A DNA stretch of 64,000 nucleotides from assembly GCA_965250285.1 (NCBI GenBank), contig OZ252299.1:4448001-4512000 (forward strand), written 5' to 3'. The notes below the pieces were generated by a model that worked only from the letters and a program-made list of their open reading frames with translations, was not told the origin of the DNA and ran no database searches. This DNA is from Myxococcota bacterium. GTDB taxonomy: Bacteria; Myxococcota_A; UBA9160; UBA4427. The position numbers and the translations under genes were made by a program. Each line of letters begins with the position of its first letter. Positions within the stretch are counted from its first letter, which is position 1. Below are positions 29,772-38,248 of this stretch, in pieces.

Positions 29772-32417
29772 ATGTGGCGCATCGGTCCGTATCGACTCGA
29801 CCCATCGACGTTCACGCTCGACCGAGACGGCGAGCCGATCGCGCTGCAGCGTCGCCCCTACGATCTCCTCTTGTATCTCGTTGCCCACAGCGACCGAGTC
29901 GTCTCGCGCGACGAGCTGTTGCGAGAGGTGTGGGGTGGCATATCGGTCGCTTCGGGCGCGGTGAGCACGGCCGTGTACGAGGTTCGAGCCGCGCTCGGCG
30001 ATCTCGAGCGACCGCGCGACGAACGCTTGATCGAGACGATCCGCGGGCGGGGCTTCCGTTTTCGCGGATCGGGTCAGGTGACCGAGGCAGACCGACCGAA
30101 CCACGACGCCCTGCCCTTCATTGGCCGCGGTCGAGTGCTCGATCGCTTGCGTACGCGGCTCGAAGCCGCGCGACGCGGTCGCGGCGGCGCCCTCGTGGTC
30201 GAGGGGCGCGCCGGGATCGGCAAGACCCGCGTCCTCCAGGAGCTCGTCGGAGAGTTGAGCGGCTTCGCGATCGAGACGGTGCACTGCGAGCCCGGTGCGC
30301 CTCCGCTCTGGCCTTGGACGCAGCTGCGGCAATCGCTCGGACACGCCGACGCCGTCGCATCGCCCGTCGAGCTCGACGAGGCAGAAGACGACGCCCGCCT
30401 GCACTTCGAGCGCATCGGGCGCTACGCGGAGCTGCTCGGCGAGGCGTCGCTCGCGCATCCCGTCGTCGTCCTGATCGAGGATCTTCACTGGGCCGATCCA
30501 TCTTCGCGTGCCGTCCTCGAATCGCTCGCACCGCGCCTCTCAAATGAGCGCGTGCAGATCATCGCGACCGAGCGAAGCGAAGGCGACCGCGAGCCCGAGG
30601 GCGAGCGCGTCGGATCGAGTCGGGTGGAGCGGGTTCGTTTGAGCGCACTTCGAACGACGCAGCTCTACCCCTTCATCGAGTCGATCCTAGGAAGAATCCC
30701 GTCGCCCGAGCTCGTCGGATGGATCGAGCGCCACAGCCAGGGCATTCCACTGATGGTCCGCGAGCTCGCCGAGCGCGTCTCGATCGAAGGCGAGTCATTG
30801 ATCGATGTGCCTCGAATCGCCGGGCTCGTCTTCGCCCATCGTTTCGATCGGCTCGACGCGACCTCTCGACTGGCGATCGGGGTCGCGTCGCTCTGCGGGA
30901 TCCGGTTCGACGCGCCGCTGGTCGAAGCCGCCGCGGGCGATGCCCTCCCCGCCGATCGTGTGTGGATTCGCGAGGGCCTGCAGTCGGGCATCCTCGTCCA
31001 CGTCACGGGACATCCGCTGCGCTTCGCGTTTCGTCATGCGCTGCTGAGGGACGCGGCCGAGAGCATGCTCGAAGCGACATCGGTGTCGGGCTGGCATCGG
31101 CGGCTGGCGTCGGCGATCGAGCGAGGGAGGCCCGAGCCGGTCGGATCGACGCTGTCGCAACTCGCCCGCCACTCAGCCGCCGCGGCCGTCGAGCAGGCCG
31201 ATGTGAGCGGCCCGCTCCACTACGCTCTGCTCGCGGCGCAACGCGCTGCCCGTGTGTTCGAGTGGGCCGAGGTCGCGACCCACACGGCTCACGCACTGAG
31301 CTGGATCGAGTATGCCCCCCCTGGCCTCGATCGCGATCGCCAGGAGATCGAAGCAGCGCTCCTGCGCTGCGCAGCGATCGCTTCGTCCACCGGCCACGTC
31401 GAAGAGACCGCCGCGTTGCTCGAGCGAATCGACCCCCTCCTGCCACGATGCGGCGCCCCGTGGGCGCGCGGCGCGGCGGAGGCGTTCCAGTTCTCGAACG
31501 CGAGATGCGTCGGTGACTACGATCGCGCCTGGCAAGCCATCGAGGTGATCGAGCTTCAGCCCGAGCTCGCACGGGTCGCCGACTGTTGGCGACGCACGCT
31601 CACCGTCGCGACGGGCGACTTCTCTCCGTCGGCCGACGACGCGGACTGGGGCGCACGCCTGCCGCTCGACCCCGAGTTCCACGCGTTCGCTCGGCTCTCG
31701 GGGCGAGATCCCGGGATCGACCGATTGGGGCACGTCGCGCTCGCACACTTCGCGCGCGGCGAAGATGCGCGGGCCGTCGCCTGCGCCGAGCGTGCGGTGG
31801 CCTGGGCCGATGCGAGCGGCGACGCCCGCGGACGCATCTGGGCGCTCTTCCTCTTGTGCACGGTGCACGAGATGCGTCGCGACTGGGGCGAGCTTCGACG
31901 CCTCGCGCCCGAGATCGATCAGGCGGGCCGACGGACCGGGCTGAGCGCCTGGCTCGGCGTGGGGGCCGGGTTTCGGCTCTGGGCCGAGGCACGCGAGAAG
32001 GGCGATCCAAGCCCGGCGCTCATGCCGCTTGCGCGGATCCTTCACGACCGCGGCCGATCGACGAGCACCACCCTGACGACCCCTCTCCTGCTCTTCGCGA
32101 GCCGGGTGTTCAGCTGGAGCGGCGCGCACGAAACCGCTGCACGCGTGGCGCGCGAGGGCATCGCGTGGGTCGAACGCACGGGGGAGCACATGGTCTCGGC
32201 CGAGCTGTACCGGCAGCTCGGCCACGCCCTCGATCGAGGCGCTGCGCCCGAGGAGGCCGCCGCGGCCAGGCGGCGCGGCATCGAGCTCGCGCGCCGGCAA
32301 GGTCACGTCGTCAGCGAAGCCCGAGGCCTGCGCGATCGCCAGCGGGCCGGCGTCGCCACGCCGACCGAGCTGACCCGCCTGCTCGAGCTCGAAGAGACGC
32401 CTCCGGCAGAGACGTAG
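29772..32417 (+). CDS. Winged-helix + AAA/STAND ATPase + TPR-like transcriptional regulator
   Basis: wHTH (SRDELLREVW...IETIRGRGFRF), FIGR, Walker A GRAGIGKT, Walker B LIEDLHWAD, FAFRHALLRD. Confidence 0.88.
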   Translation: MWRIGPYRLDPSTFTLDRDGEPIALQRRPYDLLLYLVAHSDRVVSRDELLREVWGGISVASGAVSTAVYEVRAALGDLERPRDERLIETIRGRGFRFRGSGQVTEADRPNHDALPFIGRGRVLDRLRTRLEAARRGRGGALVVEGRAGIGKTRVLQELVGELSGFAIETVHCEPGAPPLWPWTQLRQSLGHADAVASPVELDEAEDDARLHFERIGRYAELLGEASLAHPVVVLIEDLHWADPSSRAVLESLAPRLSNERVQIIATERSEGDREPEGERVGSSRVERVRLSALRTTQLYPFIESILGRIPSPELVGWIERHSQGIPLMVRELAERVSIEGESLIDVPRIAGLVFAHRFDRLDATSRLAIGVASLCGIRFDAPLVEAAAGDALPADRVWIREGLQSGILVHVTGHPLRFAFRHALLRDAAESMLEATSVSGWHRRLASAIERGRPEPVGSTLSQLARHSAAAAVEQADVSGPLHYALLAAQRAARVFEWAEVATHTAHALSWIEYAPPGLDRDRQEIEAALLRCAAIASSTGHVEETAALLERIDPLLPRCGAPWARGAAEAFQFSNARCVGDYDRAWQAIEVIELQPELARVADCWRRTLTVATGDFSPSADDADWGARLPLDPEFHAFARLSGRDPGIDRLGHVALAHFARGEDARAVACAERAVAWADASGDARGRIWALFLLCTVHEMRRDWGELRRLAPEIDQAGRRTGLSAWLGVGAGFRLWAEAREKGDPSPALMPLARILHDRGRSTSTTLTTPLLLFASRVFSWSGAHETAARVAREGIAWVERTGEHMVSAELYRQLGHALDRGAAPEEAAAARRRGIELARRQGHVVSEARGLRDRQRAGVATPTELTRLLELEETPPAET

Positions 32418-32596
32418 ACGCGGCTCGCCGGGGTCCTCGCAGCGGCCGCGCAGCAAGGCGGCACTTCGAGCGCCGAAACACACGAACTGAAGAAACGCTG
32501 AACCTTCCGGGCGGAGCGAGCGCCCTTTGGGACGAGAAAGCGCGGCATGCTGTTTCGGCGCGGGAACGGGTGGCACCGATCCCCAGGAGACTCGAA

Positions 32597-34480
32597 ATGG
32601 CGCCCAGCGAAGCAGATCCCACCACCCCGGCGACGGCCGACTCTCGCCCCGCGTGGGGACGGGTCGTCGGGCTCGTCGTGGCGATCTTCGGGTTCGTCTG
32701 CGCCAGCCCCTCCGTCGCGCAGGAGATCGTGCGCGCGTCCCCCGATGTGACGATCCCCATTGGCGCCGCAGCCGTGGTCACGCGCGACGATCAGGTCGCC
32801 GTCGACGACCGTCTCGGCGCCGTCACGGCCGACGTACTCGTCGGCATCCCCGAGACCGCGGCGATCGCGGCCTTCTCTCGCGTCGGCGCGTCGTACGCCG
32901 TGGCCTTCGAGACGCAGACCCAGCTGCCGGGCGGGCTCATCGCCGACCCGGCCGACGTCGTCGTCTACGATGCGCTCAACGCGGCCTACAAGATCTTCTT
33001 CGACGGCTCGGGCCTGCCGCTCGGCACCCGGGTCGATGCGGTCTCGTTCGCCGGAAGCGCGCTGCTTCTGTCGTTCGGCGAGCGCACGAACCTGGGATTC
33101 ATCGTCGACGACGAAGACGTCGTTCGCTGGGACGGGAGCTTCTATACGCTCGCCTTCGATGGCTCGGCGGCGGGCCTCGATCCGGCCGTCGACACCGACG
33201 CGGTTCAGATGCTCGGACCGAATACACTGCTGTTGAGCTTCGACATCACGGGCGCGGTGGGCGGCATCGTGTTTCGCGATGAAGACGTGATGCGCTTCGA
33301 AGACGGTGTATGGAGCCTCGAGTACCAGGCGGCGGCCAGCGAGCCGAGCTGGATCGCGGCCGACCTCGACGCCATGACCGTGCCCGAGCCAACGACGGGG
33401 CCGCTCTTCGTGGCCGGCTTCGCTTCGCTCGCGGCAATGGCCGCGCGCAGACGGCGGCGCCGGGGCCCCGTTGCTGTGACGTGCACGCTGGCGATCGCGG
33501 CGCTGACCCTGGGCCCCGCCACAGGGGCCGGCGCGAGCGAGGGACGCCTCGAAATCAACCACACCTGCGCCACGCAGACGGGCTGCGGCGCGGGCGACAC
33601 GCCGGGCTATCCGGTCACGATCACGAGCGCGAGTCGGCGCAGCATCGTGCTGACGAGCAACCTCGTCGTACCCGACGCATCGACGACCGCCATCGACATT
33701 CTGGTCAGCGACGTCACGGTCGACCTCGCAGGCTTCTCGATCCTGCGCAGCGGCTGCGAAGGCGCGACGGCGAGCTGCACGGATACGTCGGCGAGCAACG
33801 CCGGCATCCGCGCCATCGGCTCTCCCAGTCCGAGCATCGAGCTGTACGGCTTCCGGGTGTACGGCGGCAGCGCCATCGGCTTCAGCGACGGGGTCGTGCT
33901 CGGGTACGCATCCGAGATTTCGAACGTGCGCGCACGTTGGAACCGCTTCTCGGGCATCGGAACGATCGGGTACGGCGGCCTGCTCTTCGACAACACGACG
34001 CTCGAGAACCCCGAGTTCGGCGTCACTACCGGAACGTTCGGGCCCAGTGTCGCGATCGGCAATCGAACCCATCAGAACGGTGTCGGCCTCATCGGGACTG
34101 GCAGTGCCCTGGTGCTGGCCGACAACGTCGGGTTCGAGAACAGCGTCGGCGGCTTTTCGACGAGCACGTCGACCAGCGTATTCGTGTCGAATACGAGCTA
34201 CGGCAATGCGGGCAACGGGCTCACCGTCTCGCCCGGCGAAGCCGCGATCTTCGAAGTGAATACGGTCTACGACAACACAGACGGGATCTTCGGTGGCGAC
34301 GGCACCCTCGCGCGGGGCAACGTGGCGCGGAACAACTCGGGCATTGGCATCCGACTCGGCCCGGACGGTGGCTATCGCGAGAACGTCCTGACGAACAACG
34401 CGGGGGGCCAAGTGAGCTCGGGGATCAACCTCGGCGACAACGCCTGCTCGGGGCCATCGGGGGTGGCGCCATGTCCGTGA
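32597..34480 (+). CDS. Secreted protein: repeat domain + internal PEP-CTERM + second signal peptide + right-handed beta-helix domain
   Basis: AGGAGA RBS; signal ...FVCASPSVA|Q (32720); VPEP at 33380 + TM + RRRRRR; GPVAVTCTLAIAALTLGPATGAGA|SEGRLEINHTC (33536); N-x-x-x-x-N-x-x-x-G repeats. Confidence 0.85.
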   Translation: MAPSEADPTTPATADSRPAWGRVVGLVVAIFGFVCASPSVAQEIVRASPDVTIPIGAAAVVTRDDQVAVDDRLGAVTADVLVGIPETAAIAAFSRVGASYAVAFETQTQLPGGLIADPADVVVYDALNAAYKIFFDGSGLPLGTRVDAVSFAGSALLLSFGERTNLGFIVDDEDVVRWDGSFYTLAFDGSAAGLDPAVDTDAVQMLGPNTLLLSFDITGAVGGIVFRDEDVMRFEDGVWSLEYQAAASEPSWIAADLDAMTVPEPTTGPLFVAGFASLAAMAARRRRRRGPVAVTCTLAIAALTLGPATGAGASEGRLEINHTCATQTGCGAGDTPGYPVTITSASRRSIVLTSNLVVPDASTTAIDILVSDVTVDLAGFSILRSGCEGATASCTDTSASNAGIRAIGSPSPSIELYGFRVYGGSAIGFSDGVVLGYASEISNVRARWNRFSGIGTIGYGGLLFDNTTLENPEFGVTTGTFGPSVAIGNRTHQNGVGLIGTGSALVLADNVGFENSVGGFSTSTSTSVFVSNTSYGNAGNGLTVSPGEAAIFEVNTVYDNTDGIFGGDGTLARGNVARNNSGIGIRLGPDGGYRENVLTNNAGGQVSSGINLGDNACSGPSGVAPCP

Positions 34481-35529
34481 GCCATCTCGAAGCGGCTCCG
34501 CGCGCCCGTTCTCCGTTCGGCCGACGGGGCGGGTATCGCGCCGCTCTGCTCGCCTTCGCCCTCTTCATGGCGGGCAGCGATCGTGCCTTCGCGAGCGACG
34601 GATTGGTCGAGCTCGACCAGCTGTGTGCCGTTCATTCGGGCTGCATGGCGGGCGACACGCCGGGCTTCCCGATCACAATCACCGGCGCAGGGGGCCGCAG
34701 CTTCATCCTGACGACCAACCTCATCGTGCCGGGCGGCGGGACCAATGCGATCTCGATCGACGCAACCGACGTCTCGATCGATCTGAACGAGCACACGATT
34801 CTGCGTTCGGAGTGCGTCGGCGCCACGACCGACTGCAGCAGCACCGCGTTCGGTGCGATCGCGATCGTACAGACAGCGCCGGCGGCAGCCGCTGGCGGTG
34901 CGACCGTCCGAGATGGGCGGATCCTGGGTTTCGGGCAAGGCCTGCTTCTCGGTCGGGGTGCGGAGGTTCGCAACGTCGTCACGCGATGGATTCGCGGCGC
35001 CGGCATCTCTTCGCGCGGTCACGGCACGCTCCTATTCAGCAACACCGTGGATCAGTGCTTCGGGAGCCTGCTCGCGAACAGCATCGATCCGGGCGGGGTG
35101 GCGATCGGCAATCGCGTTTCGGGCGGTGCGAGCTTTGGCTTCGCGGTGAACCAACCGGGCATCGTCGTCGTCGACAACGTCGCGCTCGAGAACGGCGCGG
35201 TCGGGCTCTTGGCCAGTGAAAGCGCAGTGATGGTCGACAACGTCGCCCAGGGGAACACGACGTACGGCCTGACCGCCGACGAAGGCTCGGTCGTCATTCG
35301 AAACACCGCCCATGACAACGACCAGGGGGGCCTGTTCGTACAGGGCGGCTCTCTGGTCCGAGGCAACGTCGCACGCAGCAGCTCGATCGGCCCGGGCATC
35401 ACGGCAGCCGCACCGACGGGCCAGGGGCATCTGGAGAACGTCTCGAGCAACAACGCCGGCGGCGACGTCGTGGGCCCGCGCGTCGACCTGGGTGCCAATG
35501 CATGTGGCGGAACACCCGGGTGCCCCTGA
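34471..35529 (+). CDS. Secreted right-handed parallel beta-helix protein (paralog 2)
   Basis: Signal ...ALLAFALFMAGSDRAFA|SDGLVELDQLC...GDTPGFPITI; ends DLGANACGGTPGCP; start overlaps upstream stop (ATG 34471 or GTG 34477). Confidence 0.85.
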   Translation: MSVSHLEAAPRARSPFGRRGGYRAALLAFALFMAGSDRAFASDGLVELDQLCAVHSGCMAGDTPGFPITITGAGGRSFILTTNLIVPGGGTNAISIDATDVSIDLNEHTILRSECVGATTDCSSTAFGAIAIVQTAPAAAAGGATVRDGRILGFGQGLLLGRGAEVRNVVTRWIRGAGISSRGHGTLLFSNTVDQCFGSLLANSIDPGGVAIGNRVSGGASFGFAVNQPGIVVVDNVALENGAVGLLASESAVMVDNVAQGNTTYGLTADEGSVVIRNTAHDNDQGGLFVQGGSLVRGNVARSSSIGPGITAAAPTGQGHLENVSSNNAGGDVVGPRVDLGANACGGTPGCP

Positions 35530-35647
35530 CACAGCGCCCACCCCGACGGAAAGGGGTCACGCCGATCCGCCGAACGAAACGACGCGCAGAAGCGAAGAGC
35601 AGCGAGACGAGACGCAGCGAAGAGCGTGCCCGAAGGAGAAGCCGAAG

Positions 35648-36655
35648 ATGACGCAGAACCGCACCCGACCCACCTCGCTCGCGGCGGCCCTGGCCGCCGC
35701 GAGCCTCGGCGTCGCACTGTACGCGCCGTCGGCGGCGGCGCTCGACGGTCGCTTCGAGCTGAATCAGCTGTGCGCGACCGTCACCGGCTGCATTCAGGGC
35801 GACACGCCCGGCTTTCCCATCACGCTGACGGTGGCGGCAACGGCTGGCTACGTCTTGACGAGCGAACTCGTCGTCCCCGACGCGAATACCTCGGCGATCG
35901 TGATCTCGGCGAACGACGTGCACATCGACCTGAACGGGTTTCGCATCGTTCGCAGCGGGTGCGAGAACGCCGTCGCCACGTGTGAAGCCGCGAGCGGATC
36001 GGGCGATGGCATCGGCGTCGACGACTTCTCGCTTCGACGCGGAACGAGCGTGACGAACGGCAACGTCGTCGGGATGGGCCGATACGGACTGCTCCTGGGC
36101 CCGCAGGCCCATGTGACGCACATTCAGGCGCGTTGGAATCGTCTCGAGGGCATCGCCGTGAACGAGAGCGGGCGCGTGCATCGCGTTCGCTCGATCGAGA
36201 ATGGAGGCGCGGGGATCTCGGTCGCCAGCGGCTCGACGGTGTCGGAAAGTGCAGCCGTCGGAAACGGCGGCGCCGGCATCTTCACCGCGACGGGATGCCA
36301 CGTCGTCCGCAACGTCGCCTGGGACAATGACGCTCAGGGCATCCGCAGTACGACCGGCTCGGTGATCCGACACAACGCCGTCGGCGACAACGGCAACATC
36401 GCGGGCATCCAGGCCGCCGCTTCCACCGTGGCGGGCAACGCCGTTGCGAACCAATCGGGCGGGCCGGGCATTCTCGCGACGACCGGCTCGATGGTCGAGT
36501 CGAATGCGATCACCGATACGGCCCTCGGCAGCGAAGGGCTCTCGCTCGGAGACGCGGGCTACCGTGGCAACGTGCTGACCGACAACCCCACTGGCCATGT
36601 CACGGGCGGAATCAACCTGGGCGCGAACGCCTGCGACGGAGTGCTCTGCCCCTAG
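35648..36655 (+). CDS. Secreted right-handed parallel beta-helix protein (paralog 3)
   Basis: AAGGAG RBS; signal ...LYAPSAAA|LDGRFELNQLC...GDTPGFPITL; ends NLGANACDGVLCP. Confidence 0.88.
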   Translation: MTQNRTRPTSLAAALAAASLGVALYAPSAAALDGRFELNQLCATVTGCIQGDTPGFPITLTVAATAGYVLTSELVVPDANTSAIVISANDVHIDLNGFRIVRSGCENAVATCEAASGSGDGIGVDDFSLRRGTSVTNGNVVGMGRYGLLLGPQAHVTHIQARWNRLEGIAVNESGRVHRVRSIENGGAGISVASGSTVSESAAVGNGGAGIFTATGCHVVRNVAWDNDAQGIRSTTGSVIRHNAVGDNGNIAGIQAAASTVAGNAVANQSGGPGILATTGSMVESNAITDTALGSEGLSLGDAGYRGNVLTDNPTGHVTGGINLGANACDGVLCP

Positions 36656-36705
36656 CGATCGGCGCCGTTCCGCGTCGAGTCCCGTGCCGCGGCGGCGCCC
36701 CGGCG

Positions 36706-37578
36706 CTAGTCCGCCTTCTCGAAGAGCAGCGTCGCCCGGTCGCTCTCGCCGATGGCGGTGTACTTGTCCTTGTCGACCTCGCCGAGCGCGAACGACGGCG
36801 GCAACGTCCAGACGCCGGCCTCGTGATCGGCCGGATCTTTCGGGTTGGCGTTGATCTCGCTCTGATCGACCAGGCGGAAGCCGTTCAGCTCCATGAGCGC
36901 GATGACGTCGGCCTCACGCAGATAGCCCTTGTTGCCGTCGGCATAGCTGTAGGGAGCATCGGGCTTTGCCCGGTGCTGCACGACGCCCACCATGCCGTCG
37001 TCCTTGAGCATGAGCCGCAGCGCCCGCAGCTCCTGATCGGCGATGTCCCAGCGGATCAGGTTGTGGAGCATGCGCGGGATCAGAATGCGGTCGACGGTGC
37101 CATTGGCCTCGTCGGGGATCGCGTTGCCGAAGTAGCCCGTCACGTTGTCGGCCGACACGCCCGACATGGCCTCGACACGGTCGGGGAACGTCTCGTCCCA
37201 CGTCTCGAGCGCCTTCTGAACCCGCTCGATCGGCGTGTCGTCGCCGGCGAACACCACGCCGATGTACTGGCCTTCGTCGGCCACGTACGGCGCCAGGATG
37301 CGCGTGTACCAGCCGCCGCCCGGTGCGTACTCGACGACCGTGTGCGTGGGCTGCACGTCGAAGAAGCGCAGCGTCTCGTTCGGGTGCCGGTAGGCGTCCC
37401 TCGCCCGGTCGTCGTCGCGGCGCTCGTGCGCGAGCACATCGTTGAGATGCTTGAAGTCTCCGCTCGCCGCGCGTTCGGGCCGCGGGGGCTCGGTCGTTTC
37501 GGTCGGCTTCGTCTCGAACAGGGCGCAGCCCATCGAGGTGGCCAGGGCAGCAACCAGGGTGAGCATGGCGAGTCGCAT
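36706..37578 (-). CDS. Predicted class I SAM-dependent methyltransferase (COG4798-like) with lipoprotein signal
   Basis: LATSMG-C lipobox; RDAYRHPNETLRFF, VVEYAPGGGWYT, SEINANPKD, GVWTLPP, IGESDR. Confidence 0.85.
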   Translation of the reverse strand: MRLAMLTLVAALATSMGCALFETKPTETTEPPRPERAASGDFKHLNDVLAHERRDDDRARDAYRHPNETLRFFDVQPTHTVVEYAPGGGWYTRILAPYVADEGQYIGVVFAGDDTPIERVQKALETWDETFPDRVEAMSGVSADNVTGYFGNAIPDEANGTVDRILIPRMLHNLIRWDIADQELRALRLMLKDDGMVGVVQHRAKPDAPYSYADGNKGYLREADVIALMELNGFRLVDQSEINANPKDPADHEAGVWTLPPSFALGEVDKDKYTAIGESDRATLLFEKAD

Positions 37579-37682
37579 CGGAGGATCCTCTCGTCTTCGG
37601 AAGGCGACGTTCGTCGCCGGTGGGCGCGTCCGCCGGGGCGGAATGGCGAGCTGCAGGCCGGAGCAGGCCCACGGCCCGCCCG

Positions 37683-38126
37683 ATGCTAGGGACACGAAAC
37701 GGCCCGGGCGAGACCCTGGTTCAGATCAGCGACGGCGAGACCGTCGACGTGCTCGATCCGTTCGCCACGGGCGTGTCGCCCTCGGACGAGTTCTCTGCGA
37801 TCGACCTCACCGTCCGCTTCGACGAGAACGACACCGGCGGGCTGCAGGCTCGAGTCGGCGCTTCTACGGCTTCGACTTTCGCAGTGATCTCGCGTGCTGG
37901 ACCGGCAGCAGCAGCCCCGACTGCCATCGCACCCGATGCCTCGGGCGCCCTGTTTCGCGACACCCTCTTCCTCAGCGACGGCGCGGCGTGCGATGCGCAG
38001 CTGACCTGGGCGCTCCTCCTCGACCGAGACCGGCGGCGGCGATCCCGCTCGGGCGAACGGGGCGGTCGAAACGTGCTTCGCAAGAGCGCAGCGGGCTCGA
38101 ATGGGGCCGCTGAGTTCGCGCGGTGA
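37683..38126 (+). pseudogene. Possible gene remnant or hypothetical protein
   Basis: Central part has coding-like GC3-rich codons (DVLDPFATG...RFDENDTGGLQ) but no RBS, no recognisable family and a low-complexity end. Confidence 0.3.
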
Positions 38127-38139
38127 CGCCGTCCCCCAC

Positions 38140-38190
38140 CTATTCCTAATTGGACATAATCTGTTTCTCATATCGTCTATTTTCAATTCC
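38140..38190. promoter_or_regulatory. AT-rich promoter/operator region upstream of the hemerythrin-GST operon
   Basis: TATTCCTAATTGGACATAATCTGTTTCTCATATCGTCTATTTTCAATT in an otherwise GC-rich background. Confidence 0.5.
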
Positions 38191-38248
38191 ACCGACATGC
38201 CGAATCTTCCCCGTCGAGCCCCAACCACCCACCGACGGAGGGGACGAC

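Noticed and set aside
31586..32596. N-terminal 337 aa of the 964-aa track ORF
   Set aside because: Arg/Ala-rich off-frame overlap with the regulator; the start with AGGAGA RBS is at 32597.
33310..34470. N-terminal part of the 739-aa ORF, suggesting a frameshift or dual coding
   Set aside because: Arg-rich shadow frame typical of high-GC DNA; the real gene starts at 34471/34477 with its own signal peptide.
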